64,000 nt of DNA, from the NCBI GenBank assembly GCA_050950505.1, contig JBMNHS010000001.1, forward strand, positions 544,001 through 608,000, in the 5' to 3' direction. This document shows positions 37,935 through 46,912 of this stretch, one piece after another. Source of the DNA: Candidatus Methanomethylophilaceae archaeon (GTDB taxonomy: Archaea > Thermoplasmatota > Thermoplasmata > Methanomassiliicoccales > Methanomethylophilaceae). Every line of letters starts with the position of its first letter. The first letter of the stretch is position 1. A program made the position numbers and the translations under genes. The notes under the pieces are model-generated. The model did not search any database. It was not told the DNA's origin and saw nothing but the letters and a program-made list of their open reading frames with translations.

Positions 37935-38297
37935 ATGTCACTGATACTAGAATACTCTCCGCTGATGGTGCTCGCCATCATCTGTCTCGGATTTGCGCCT
38001 TTGGCGTGGTTTGTATCTAGGTTTATCAGACCAACGAAAACGACGACGTGGATGGAGACGACCTACGAGTGTGGGTCAGAACCTATAGGGGATGCACATG
38101 TCCAATTCAGGTTCCAGCACTATGCATTTGCAATAATTTTCGTGGTCTTTGACCTGGTAGCGACCTTCCTGATGGTATGGACCCTGGGATTCTCGGGTCT
38201 TTCATTAGCCGCTAAAACGTGGATGATGATTTTCCTGATGGTAATGATCCTCGGACTGTGCTATGCACTGAAAAAGGAGGAAAAAATATGGATATGA
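37935..38297 (+). CDS. fpoA: Fpo/complex I subunit A
   Basis: TYECG..P, FAIIFVVFD, three TM helices. Confidence 0.92.
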   Translation: MSLILEYSPLMVLAIICLGFAPLAWFVSRFIRPTKTTTWMETTYECGSEPIGDAHVQFRFQHYAFAIIFVVFDLVATFLMVWTLGFSGLSLAAKTWMMIFLMVMILGLCYALKKEEKIWI

Positions 38298-38851
38298 GTT
38301 TGTACCCGCACGCCATCGCGATGAGTGCGGACGAATTTATGGACTGGTCCACTGCAGTCATCAACGATTTGTTGAGCGCAGGGACAAAGAAAACCGTAGA
38401 CAAACTTACCGGTCCCGTTTGGACCTGGGCAATGAAAAACTCAATGCACCCTCTGCACTGGGGATTGGCCTGCTGCGCTCTGGAAATGGCCGCGGCTTCC
38501 GCACCCAGGCATGATGCCGAGCGTTTGGGAATCATTTACAGATCTTCCCCCAGGCAGACCGATATCCTCCTGCTCAACGGATGGATCGGAAAGAAAGTAC
38601 GTCCGAGCATCAGACGTCTTTACGAACAGATGCCGAATCCCAAATGGGTTATCGCCATGGGCGAATGCGCCATCTCCGGCGGTCCGTGGTATGATTCATA
38701 CAACTGCGTGCAGGGCGGGGACCAGATTGTTCCCGTGGATATATTCATCCCCGGATGTCCGGTCAAGCCTGACGCAATGATTGACGGATTTATGCTCCTG
38801 CAGAACAAGATTGGAGATTACTTCAACAGAGGCGTTTTCATGGAGGACTGA
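38294..38851 (+). CDS. fpoB: Fpo subunit B (N2 cluster)
   Basis: GLACCALEM, SPRQ.D, PKWVIAMGECA, PGCP; start 38288 or 38294. Confidence 0.93.
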   Translation: MSLYPHAIAMSADEFMDWSTAVINDLLSAGTKKTVDKLTGPVWTWAMKNSMHPLHWGLACCALEMAAASAPRHDAERLGIIYRSSPRQTDILLLNGWIGKKVRPSIRRLYEQMPNPKWVIAMGECAISGGPWYDSYNCVQGGDQIVPVDIFIPGCPVKPDAMIDGFMLLQNKIGDYFNRGVFMED

Positions 38852-38853
38852 GA

Positions 38854-39330
38854 ATGGATACCGAAGCCGTATATCAAAAACCTACGACCGGTGAAATCAA
38901 AACCCTCCTTGAGTCCAAATTCAAAGGAAACGTAACCGTTAAGCACACAGAGGACGACAGGGTTCTGGCCGATGTCGCGGATAAAAACGCAATTTTTGAA
39001 ATCTGCAATTACATCAGCGAGAATCTGACCTTCGAGCATTGCTCGATTGTCATGGGTTTGGACATGGTTGAACACATGGAAGTCATTTATGTTCTGACCA
39101 ACTATTACACCGGCCTCTGCATCGAGCTCACCGCCAAATTGCCCTTGGACGATCTTCACATACCGTCCGTCGCCCTGGTTTGGGAAGGAGCGAACTGGCA
39201 CGAGAGAGAAACTTACGAATTGTTCGGAATAATATTTGACGGTCACCCCAAGCTCAAGAGGCTGTTGACTCCGGACACTTACAATTTCTATCCGTTCAGG
39301 AAATCTTACAAGTTAAGGGGGCAAGAGTGA
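38854..39330 (+). CDS. fpoC: Fpo subunit C
   Basis: ANWHERETYELFGIIFDGHP.L.RLL..PFRK. Confidence 0.92.
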   Translation: MDTEAVYQKPTTGEIKTLLESKFKGNVTVKHTEDDRVLADVADKNAIFEICNYISENLTFEHCSIVMGLDMVEHMEVIYVLTNYYTGLCIELTAKLPLDDLHIPSVALVWEGANWHERETYELFGIIFDGHPKLKRLLTPDTYNFYPFRKSYKLRGQE

Positions 39331-40496
39331 TGGTAGTCGAAAACACAATCGATACTTTTGATGCACCTCCGGAAGAAAGAATGGGCAAAGAAAGGTTTGA
39401 AACGGACCAGATGTGGATATACATGGGTCCCCAGCACCCCTTCTCCCATGGACTTTGGACTTTGAAAATCAAAGTCGACGGAGAGATAGTCACCGACGCC
39501 GAACCCGTTATAGGGTATCTGCACCGCGGTTGGGAGAAGGAAGCCGAAAACAGGACTTATCCAAAGATAATTCCCATGGCCGACCGTCTCTGTTATTCCG
39601 CGTCGATGACTTACACACACCTTTACTGCAGAACTGTTGAGAAAGCCCTCGGTGTCGAGATACCCGAGAAAGCCGATTACATAAGAGTAGTGGCCGATGA
39701 AATCTGCCGTATCCAATCCCATCTGATGTGGTTGGCGGCAATGGGTACCGATCTCGGTAACCTTACGATTTTCCTATGGGCCATGAGAGAGAGGGAATAT
39801 TGGCTCGATCTCAACGTAAGGCTCTGCGGTCAGAGAATGACAACCAACTATACACGTATAGGGGGAGTCAGAAACGATACGACGGACCTGTTCGACAGAG
39901 ACGTGATCAGAGTCACCGAGCTTTTTGAAAAGAGACTTTGGGACATCATCGACATGATTGATGACAGTTCCATTTACGTTTCAAGAATGAAAGGCGTCGG
40001 TTACCTTTCCCGTGAACAGTGTGCGAACCTCGGTCTGACCGGTCCTGCCATGAGAGGCTGCGGACTGGACTTCGATTTGCGCCGTGACGTGCCTTACAGC
40101 AAATACGGCGAAATGGATTTCGAAGTTCCTGTTCTGCAGGACGGAGACGCATATGCCAGATACAGGGTGAGAATCGAAGAACTGTTCCAGTCCTGTGAAA
40201 TCATAAAACAGGCGATGCGCAAAATCAAAGCCCTCGGAAAGAATGCACCTTACAGGGTAAAGGTACCCTCTAAAGTCCCTGCGGGAAGAACCTTCTGCAA
40301 ATTGGAAGATCCCCGTGGAGAATCCATGATGTACCTGGTATCCGACGGAACCGACAAACCTTACAGGTTGAAAGTCCGCGCACCCCTTTTCACGAACCTC
40401 AGCGCCTCCAGGCCCATGGTTCAGGGATGCAGGGTTGCGGACGTACCGGTCGTGATGGCTATGATAGATGTCTGCATGGGAGAATCCGACAGGTGA
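39327..40496 (+). CDS. fpoD: Fpo subunit D
   Basis: GPQHP..HG, GYLHRG.EK, DRLCY, RIQSHL, E.PRGE, D.CMGESDR. Confidence 0.93.
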   Translation: MMVVENTIDTFDAPPEERMGKERFETDQMWIYMGPQHPFSHGLWTLKIKVDGEIVTDAEPVIGYLHRGWEKEAENRTYPKIIPMADRLCYSASMTYTHLYCRTVEKALGVEIPEKADYIRVVADEICRIQSHLMWLAAMGTDLGNLTIFLWAMREREYWLDLNVRLCGQRMTTNYTRIGGVRNDTTDLFDRDVIRVTELFEKRLWDIIDMIDDSSIYVSRMKGVGYLSREQCANLGLTGPAMRGCGLDFDLRRDVPYSKYGEMDFEVPVLQDGDAYARYRVRIEELFQSCEIIKQAMRKIKALGKNAPYRVKVPSKVPAGRTFCKLEDPRGESMMYLVSDGTDKPYRLKVRAPLFTNLSASRPMVQGCRVADVPVVMAMIDVCMGESDR

Positions 40497-40500
40497 TATT

Positions 40501-41676
40501 ATGGCGTTGAATGATTGGATCAATTATGCCGATTACAGCGATTTGCAGAATTTCGCTTATTACCCCTACGAGACCCACAACATAGTCTACGAGATCGGAT
40601 ACAATCTGTATCAGTTTCTCGGAGGATTGGTTGCCTGGCTCATAGATGTGATATTCCCCGGCAACGGACTGTCCACCTGGCTTATGTCCGGACCCGTTGT
40701 CAATCTGTTTGCCGTAATTATTGTGGCACTTCTGATTTTCTTGATAATATTCACAGGTGTGTTGGTATCACTGTGGCAAGAACGTAAGACGCTGGGAAGG
40801 TTCATGGACAGAAGAGGAACCCAGATTGGTTTGAAAGGGTTCCTTCAGTGTGTCGCCGACGGTTTCAAGACCTTCATGAAGGAAAACACCGTACCCAAGA
40901 AAGTTGACCACATGGCTTACATGTGGACTCTGTCTCTTGTAATCGGTACGTCGGTTCTTGTCGCATGCATGCTGCCTTTGTCCGATAGGTTCTTCATAGT
41001 CAATTATGACTCAGGATTCCTTATTGTGATGGCGATTTACGCACTTGCACCGCTGTTTATTCTCGTGTCCGGTTGGGCGCAGAACAACAAATACTCTCTT
41101 ATCGGAGGTATGAGGGCGGCGCAGTCAATGATATCTTACGAAATACCCATGTTGATCACTGTTTGTGCCGTTGCGATTCTAGCAGGCACGTTCAACATAG
41201 GCGGCGTCGTTGCCGCACAGCACGAATCCACCTGGTTCATCATTCCGTTGTTCCTGGGATTCCTTGTGTTCTTCACATGTTCCTGTGCGGAAGCTGAACG
41301 TACACCCTTTGACCTCGCCGAGTCCGAATCGGAACTCGTTGAGGGTTGGCAGACCGAATACGCAGGTATGAAATGGGGTCTGATCATGCTCGGAGACTAC
41401 CTCAGAGGTTTCGCATCCTGTGCGATGATATCTCTGTTGTTCCTTGGAGGATGGAACATCGCTCCTTTTGTCCCCGACAACATCAACGCCATATTGCCTG
41501 AGGCCGTCCAGCTGCTTAAGGGATGGTTTGTCTTCTTCCTCATGATCTGGGTCAGAGCCGCTCTGCCCCGTGTCAGGATCGACCAGATCCTCAATCTCGG
41601 ATGGAAGGTGCTCACACCCTTGGCAATTGTCAATCTGGGCATTGCCGTGGTTCTTAAGATGGGAGGGTTCTTCTGA
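40501..41676 (+). CDS. fpoH: Fpo subunit H
   Basis: ERK, ADGFK.FMKE, NKYSLIGGMR, ISYE, RTPFDLAESESELVEG, PRVR.DQ. Confidence 0.93.
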   Translation: MALNDWINYADYSDLQNFAYYPYETHNIVYEIGYNLYQFLGGLVAWLIDVIFPGNGLSTWLMSGPVVNLFAVIIVALLIFLIIFTGVLVSLWQERKTLGRFMDRRGTQIGLKGFLQCVADGFKTFMKENTVPKKVDHMAYMWTLSLVIGTSVLVACMLPLSDRFFIVNYDSGFLIVMAIYALAPLFILVSGWAQNNKYSLIGGMRAAQSMISYEIPMLITVCAVAILAGTFNIGGVVAAQHESTWFIIPLFLGFLVFFTCSCAEAERTPFDLAESESELVEGWQTEYAGMKWGLIMLGDYLRGFASCAMISLLFLGGWNIAPFVPDNINAILPEAVQLLKGWFVFFLMIWVRAALPRVRIDQILNLGWKVLTPLAIVNLGIAVVLKMGGFF

Positions 41677-42416
41677 TGGCGATGAAATATTTGGATAAAT
41701 ATCCCAGGAGTACCGCCAAAAGACTGTGGGTGCTCAAACCTCTGTGGAGCACGATTAAATTGTTCTCCAAGACGGCCGTTCGCAGGCCGGTCACCATCCA
41801 GTATCCTTATGAGAAGGAATGGCTGCCCGACAATTACAGGGGCCGTCCCGGTCTGAGATTCGATATGTGCGTCGGATGCGGTGTGTGTGAGCGCGCCTGT
41901 CCGACCCAATGCATCAAAATGATAGAAGTTCCGGACGACAACGGAAACATGGTAATGAGGCCACAGGTCTTCCTGGGAAGATGTGCATTCTGCGGTTACT
42001 GTGCAGAATTCTGCCCGACCAATGCCATGACCGTTACCCCGGAATACGAACTTGCAGAACTCTATAAGAAAAATCTCTTTTGGGGTCCCCGCAGGCTGCA
42101 TTTCGAAGATACCACCCCGGAAATGGAGGTGCACTACGAAGTGACTCTGCAGTCTGACATCGATGCAGGCAACCCTGAAAAGAGGGTAAGGCCCTTCGAA
42201 GTCGACAATCCGGTTGTCGACGAAGGTAAATGCATCGGATGCAAGAAATGTGAAAGAGTTTGTCCGACCGGAGCTGTTACTATGATAGAGAAGGGAGTAA
42301 ATGAGAAAGGAAAGCCGAAACTTGTTCCGGTTTTCAGTCATGACAAATGCATCTGTTGTGAACAGTGCGTCATTGGCTGTCCCAAAGACTGTATCCATAT
42401 TGAGGAGGTTCTCTGA
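41676..42416 (+). CDS. fpoI: Fpo subunit I, extended with four [4Fe-4S] motifs
   Basis: T.QYP..RGR; four CxxCxxCxxxCP motifs. Confidence 0.92.
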   Translation: MAMKYLDKYPRSTAKRLWVLKPLWSTIKLFSKTAVRRPVTIQYPYEKEWLPDNYRGRPGLRFDMCVGCGVCERACPTQCIKMIEVPDDNGNMVMRPQVFLGRCAFCGYCAEFCPTNAMTVTPEYELAELYKKNLFWGPRRLHFEDTTPEMEVHYEVTLQSDIDAGNPEKRVRPFEVDNPVVDEGKCIGCKKCERVCPTGAVTMIEKGVNEKGKPKLVPVFSHDKCICCEQCVIGCPKDCIHIEEVL

Positions 42417-42736
42417 TGGGAATATTCGATGGCGTCTGGGATTACTTTTCCTTCCTTCAGTCAAACATAGACTTGGTGATATTCCTCGTGATTGCAGCAA
42501 TAGGCGTGACCGCGGCGCTCTTTGTCGTTGCCGACAAGGAGCCGATGCACAGTGCATTCTATCTTGCCCTGGTGTTCGTCATAGTGGCGGTCATGTTCTT
42601 CCTGCTCGAAGCGGAATTCATGGCTATCGTACAGATGTTCGTCTATGTCGGAGCAATAACGATATTGTTCGCCTTCAGCATCATGCTGACAAGGAGATAT
42701 ATCATGAAACCGGGAGGTGATGAACATGATGACTAA
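42416..42736 (+). CDS. fpoJ1: Fpo subunit J, N-terminal part
   Basis: HSAFYL, LEAEF, Q.FVYVGAI..LF.F.IML. Confidence 0.88.
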   Translation: MGIFDGVWDYFSFLQSNIDLVIFLVIAAIGVTAALFVVADKEPMHSAFYLALVFVIVAVMFFLLEAEFMAIVQMFVYVGAITILFAFSIMLTRRYIMKPGGDEHDD

Positions 42737-43022
42737 GAGGAAATTGATCGGAGCGGTGGTAGCCGTCTTCGCTCTCACTGTGCTTGCGTCGGCAGTGTTC
42801 GCCACAGGCTGGGGAGACCTTACAGTCAATGATTCTCCTGAGAGGCTTCCGACGTTCGATCCTTACGAGGATGAAAATGAAATCAGCACCGACTCGTTGA
42901 CCTATGTGGTCTTCGAGACCTACGGACCCATGGTGGCTTTGCTGTCTTTGGTCATGTTCGGGGCAATGGTCGGTGCAATATGCGTCGCGAAAGAGGAGGT
43001 GGATGACGATGATACCAATTGA
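42726..43022 (+). CDS. fpoJ2: Fpo subunit J, C-terminal part
   Basis: Hydrophobic, F..Y...AMVGAI motif of the NuoJ C-terminus; GGAGGTGA SD. Confidence 0.8.
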   Translation: MMTKRKLIGAVVAVFALTVLASAVFATGWGDLTVNDSPERLPTFDPYEDENEISTDSLTYVVFETYGPMVALLSLVMFGAMVGAICVAKEEVDDDDTN

Positions 43023-43311
43023 ATTCTTCCTCATGTTTGCGGCAATCCTGTTTGTCATAGGCATTTACGGGATTATGACCAAAAACAACGCGATTGTTGT
43101 GTTGATGTGCATCGAGATGGTACTCAACGCAGCCAACATGAACCTGGTTACGTTCGCCGCATACAACGGCGCGATAATGGGACAGGTGTTCGTATTGTTC
43201 ACCGTCGCCGTCGCCGCCTGTGAAGTGGCGGTGGGAATTGCGATAATGCTCAACGTGTACAAGGTGAAAAAGACGACCGTAATAGACGATCTTACGGAAT
43301 TGAGGTGGTAA
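43009..43311 (+). CDS. fpoK: Fpo subunit K
   Basis: LF.IG.YG, IEM.LNAAN.N, GQVF, AACEVAVG; GAGGAGGT SD. Confidence 0.92.
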   Translation: MIPIEFFLMFAAILFVIGIYGIMTKNNAIVVLMCIEMVLNAANMNLVTFAAYNGAIMGQVFVLFTVAVAACEVAVGIAIMLNVYKVKKTTVIDDLTELRW

Positions 43312-43312
43312 G

Positions 43313-45346
43313 ATGTTCATAGAATATACATGGCTTATACCGGCGATTCCGCTGGTGATGTTCGTACTGATCGGTCTCTTTTCGAGAGGCGAGAAAAACT
43401 ACGGAGGTGCGTTTGCCGTATTGGGCGCACTCGCCACCCTGGTAATTTCCGCCCTCGTTGCATACGAGTTCCTTACGGGTGATGCGTACACCACGGTAGG
43501 GTACGTGACCGAATCCGTCAAGTGGTTCTCCATCGGAGGATTTGAAATTACATTGGGTTACTATGTGGACGGACTGACATGTCTGATGTTGATCTTCTCC
43601 ACGCTGATTTCCCTGTTGATTTTCATATACTCTCTGGGTTACATGGATGATCAGGGTAAAAGAAAGAAGAGATACTACGCAGAAATCAGCCTGTTCCTTG
43701 CGGGAATGACCGGACTGGTCATCTCAAACAACTATCTGATGATGTTTGTCTTCTGGGAAGTCATGGGACTGTGTTCGTATCTCCTTATAGGATTCTGGAG
43801 TTTCAAACACCCCGAAGGGGACGAGGCCTCCGACAAAGCCGCATCCGCGGCCAAGAAGGCGTTCATCGTGACCCGTCTCGGAGACGCTTCATTGATGGCG
43901 GGTCTGTTCGTTCTGCTTTATGCGTTCAACACTCTGGACTTCGTCACATTGTTCGATGCTTCCATAATCGAAACCATCGACAAGAATCTGTTAGTGATCG
44001 GAACTCTCCTGCTCTTCGGCGGTGCAATCGGTAAGAGTGCACAGTTCCCGTTGCAGGATTGGTTGCCGGACGCAATGGCCGGTCCGACCACGGTTTCCGC
44101 GTTGATACACGCCGCCACCATGGTCAAGGCAGGTGTTTACCTGGTTGCCAGAAGCTTCCCCCTGTTCACACAGTCCATGGAAGTGATGCTGGTCGTTGGA
44201 TTGATCGGAGGCATAACCGCAATACTTGCGGCATCGATGGCTCTGGTCAACGACAACATCAAACAGGTTCTCGCGTTCTCGACGATTTCGCAGTTGGGAT
44301 ACATGTTCATGGCTCTGGGAGCCGGCGGTTATATGTTTGCTCTCGGTATTGCAGAGAACGACACCGCCCTTGTGGCCCTCGGAGCCCTCGGATACACCGC
44401 AGGTGTGTTCCACATGTTCAACCACGCTTTCTTCAAAGCGCAGCTGTTCTTGGGTTCCGGTTCGGTGATACATTCCACGGGCACAGAAGACATGAGGGAG
44501 ATGGGAGGACTCCGACATAAGATGAAGAGCACGTCAACAACAATGTTGATCGGTTCTCTGTCCATAGCCGGATTCCCCTTCTTCAGCGGATTCTGGTCCA
44601 AAGATCTCGTGCTCGCAAGTGTGCTGGATGCCGGAGCTTACGGCCCCGAAGGATACGTCTTCGCCATAGTATGGATAATGGGAATAATCACGGTCTTCAT
44701 GACTGCGTTCTACATGTTCCGCATGTGGTACATGACCTTCGGCGGTCCCGAGGGACCAAAGACGGAAACCTGTCACGGCGAGTCTCCGAAATCCATGACC
44801 ATACCTCTCTGGGTGCTTGCGATATTCGCGTTTGCATCCGGATTCCTGCTGTTGTTCGGTCTGGACGGTATGATTACCATAGATTCCAACTTCCTGGTGG
44901 GAACCCTCGCGGGAGAAGGTGCGATATACTGGCTTGAACACATGTTCCTCAACCCGTACACCTATCTGTCCATCGTGCTTGCTTTGGGCGGCATATACAT
45001 CGCCTATCTCATGTACGGAAAGTTCGCTGCCAATCCCGGAAGATTCAACAGAGAAGGAACTTCCTGGTTGTACAACGCACTCGAAAAGAGATGGTGGTTC
45101 CCGCAGTTCTACAACTGGCTGTCCTGGACGTTCGGTTACGGCGTGGGCAAAGCTGTCAACAGCTTCGACAAACATGTTGTCGATGGTGCGGTTAACGGTG
45201 TGGCCAGCGTAATCGTCGGATCCGGTGAAGTCGGTAAGCGCGCGCAGACCGGTAATGTAGGAAACTACACATCGGTGATAATGATAGGAATGGCAGTGAT
45301 CGGTGCCACCATCCTGCTATTGGCTCACTTCTTGGGAGGTATGTAA
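43313..45346 (+). CDS. fpoL: Fpo subunit L (antiporter-like)
   Basis: WE.MGLCSYLLIGFW, KSAQFPL..WLPDAM.GPT.VSALIHAATMV, HAFFKA.LFL. Confidence 0.95.
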   Translation: MFIEYTWLIPAIPLVMFVLIGLFSRGEKNYGGAFAVLGALATLVISALVAYEFLTGDAYTTVGYVTESVKWFSIGGFEITLGYYVDGLTCLMLIFSTLISLLIFIYSLGYMDDQGKRKKRYYAEISLFLAGMTGLVISNNYLMMFVFWEVMGLCSYLLIGFWSFKHPEGDEASDKAASAAKKAFIVTRLGDASLMAGLFVLLYAFNTLDFVTLFDASIIETIDKNLLVIGTLLLFGGAIGKSAQFPLQDWLPDAMAGPTTVSALIHAATMVKAGVYLVARSFPLFTQSMEVMLVVGLIGGITAILAASMALVNDNIKQVLAFSTISQLGYMFMALGAGGYMFALGIAENDTALVALGALGYTAGVFHMFNHAFFKAQLFLGSGSVIHSTGTEDMREMGGLRHKMKSTSTTMLIGSLSIAGFPFFSGFWSKDLVLASVLDAGAYGPEGYVFAIVWIMGIITVFMTAFYMFRMWYMTFGGPEGPKTETCHGESPKSMTIPLWVLAIFAFASGFLLLFGLDGMITIDSNFLVGTLAGEGAIYWLEHMFLNPYTYLSIVLALGGIYIAYLMYGKFAANPGRFNREGTSWLYNALEKRWWFPQFYNWLSWTFGYGVGKAVNSFDKHVVDGAVNGVASVIVGSGEVGKRAQTGNVGNYTSVIMIGMAVIGATILLLAHFLGGM

Positions 45347-46912
45347 GTGTTCGATGAAATCCCCATACTCACGCTGATGCTCGTGATTCCTCTGGTAGGA
45401 TCGCTGCTGACGCTGATGATGGGTAAGAGTAAACAAAAATTCGCCAAATATGTGGCCGGAATATTCTCCGGTATAGTCCTCATATTGGCTACTCTCCTCT
45501 TGTTTGAGGAGAACGTGGCGGCACTTGCAGAAAACCATGTGTGGATTGAAGCGGCGAACATCCAGATTTCCTATATACTGGAAATCGACGGAATGAGCAA
45601 ACTGATGGTCTTCCTGACCGCTCTGCTCATCTTCCTTGTGGTGGTGTTCTCCGCAGCTGAAAGTGATAAGCCCAACTACTATCACACGTTGGTCATGTTG
45701 ATGCAGGTCGGTCTCATGGGAGTTTATCTCTCGGCGGACTACTTCCTGTTCTACATAATGTGGGAGGTCACACTGATCCCCATGTACTTCATGATCTCGT
45801 GGTATGGAGGACCGAGGAGGCACTATGCCGCAATCAAGTTCTTCATATACACACACGTGGCGAGCCTGGTGATGCTCATCGGTATATTCGCGATGACATT
45901 CGAGGCTGCCGCATTGACCGGGAGCTCCGTGGTGAGCTTTGCATTCGCGGATGTAGCGGCCGCAGCGTCTCTCTTCGCAAGCGGATTCCAGGCACTGGTG
46001 TTCGGACTGCTGTTCTTCGGATTTGCGGTCAAAATGCCCATGGTGCCGTTCCATACCTGGCTTCCCGATGCCCACGTCGAAGCGCCTACCGGCGGTTCGG
46101 TGCTGTTGGCCGGTGTCATGCTTAAGATGGGAACATACGGTATAATCAGGGTGGCATTGAACGTCTTCCCCGAAGGCGCTCTCTGGTGGGCCGAGGCATT
46201 GATGGTCTTGGCTCTGATATCCATCGTCTACGGCGCGTACGCCTGTATCGCACAGACGGACCTGAAGAAGATGGTGGCATACTCGTCGATCAACCACATG
46301 GGTATGGTCCTGCTCGGTATCGCCGCATCTTTGCTTTACGTGAAGTATACGGATCCGGCCGAAGTCGTAGAAAGCCTCGCATCCCTGGGAATCGTGTTCG
46401 CGGTCTTCCAGATGTTTGCCCACGGTCTCGTTACCGCGGTACTGTTCATGGTCTGCGGTTACACTGGAGATGCCACAGGCACGAGGGAAATGCCGTTGCT
46501 CGGAGGTCTGGCGTCAAAGATGCCCATACTCGCGACGTTCATGATGATAGGATTCATGGCGTCCTTGGGTCTGCCGGGTCTTGTCGGGTTCTGGGGTGAG
46601 TTCGGAGTGATATTCTCCTTCTACGTCGGAGCCAAGGCATACGGCCACGCATGGCTGATAATCTTCTGTCTGCTGTCCATAATGCTGAATGCCGGATTCT
46701 ATATCTGGGCAATGCAGCGTACACTGTTCGGCAGAGAAACGAAGAAGATCGACACGTCCAAACTGCGCGATGTGGGCAAGGCGCAAGGGTTCTCCCTTGC
46801 CGTCCTGTGCATATTCCTTGCACTGTTCGGTATGTGGCCTGACCTGGCGTTGGGAGTGATCGAACCGTTTGCGGACAGCTTTATGCAAATCTTCCAGGGG
46901 GCATTGCCATGA
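45347..46912 (+). CDS. fpoM: Fpo subunit M (antiporter-like)
   Basis: WE..LIPMY, K.PMVPFHTWLPDAHVEAP, LKMG.YG, AYSS..HMG. Confidence 0.95.
   Translation: MFDEIPILTLMLVIPLVGSLLTLMMGKSKQKFAKYVAGIFSGIVLILATLLLFEENVAALAENHVWIEAANIQISYILEIDGMSKLMVFLTALLIFLVVVFSAAESDKPNYYHTLVMLMQVGLMGVYLSADYFLFYIMWEVTLIPMYFMISWYGGPRRHYAAIKFFIYTHVASLVMLIGIFAMTFEAAALTGSSVVSFAFADVAAAASLFASGFQALVFGLLFFGFAVKMPMVPFHTWLPDAHVEAPTGGSVLLAGVMLKMGTYGIIRVALNVFPEGALWWAEALMVLALISIVYGAYACIAQTDLKKMVAYSSINHMGMVLLGIAASLLYVKYTDPAEVVESLASLGIVFAVFQMFAHGLVTAVLFMVCGYTGDATGTREMPLLGGLASKMPILATFMMIGFMASLGLPGLVGFWGEFGVIFSFYVGAKAYGHAWLIIFCLLSIMLNAGFYIWAMQRTLFGRETKKIDTSKLRDVGKAQGFSLAVLCIFLALFGMWPDLALGVIEPFADSFMQIFQGALP

Noticed and set aside
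42416-43022. fpoJ split as a frameshift pseudogene
   Set aside because: The second half has its own strong SD and start; split J subunits are normal in archaeal Fpo/Nuo operons
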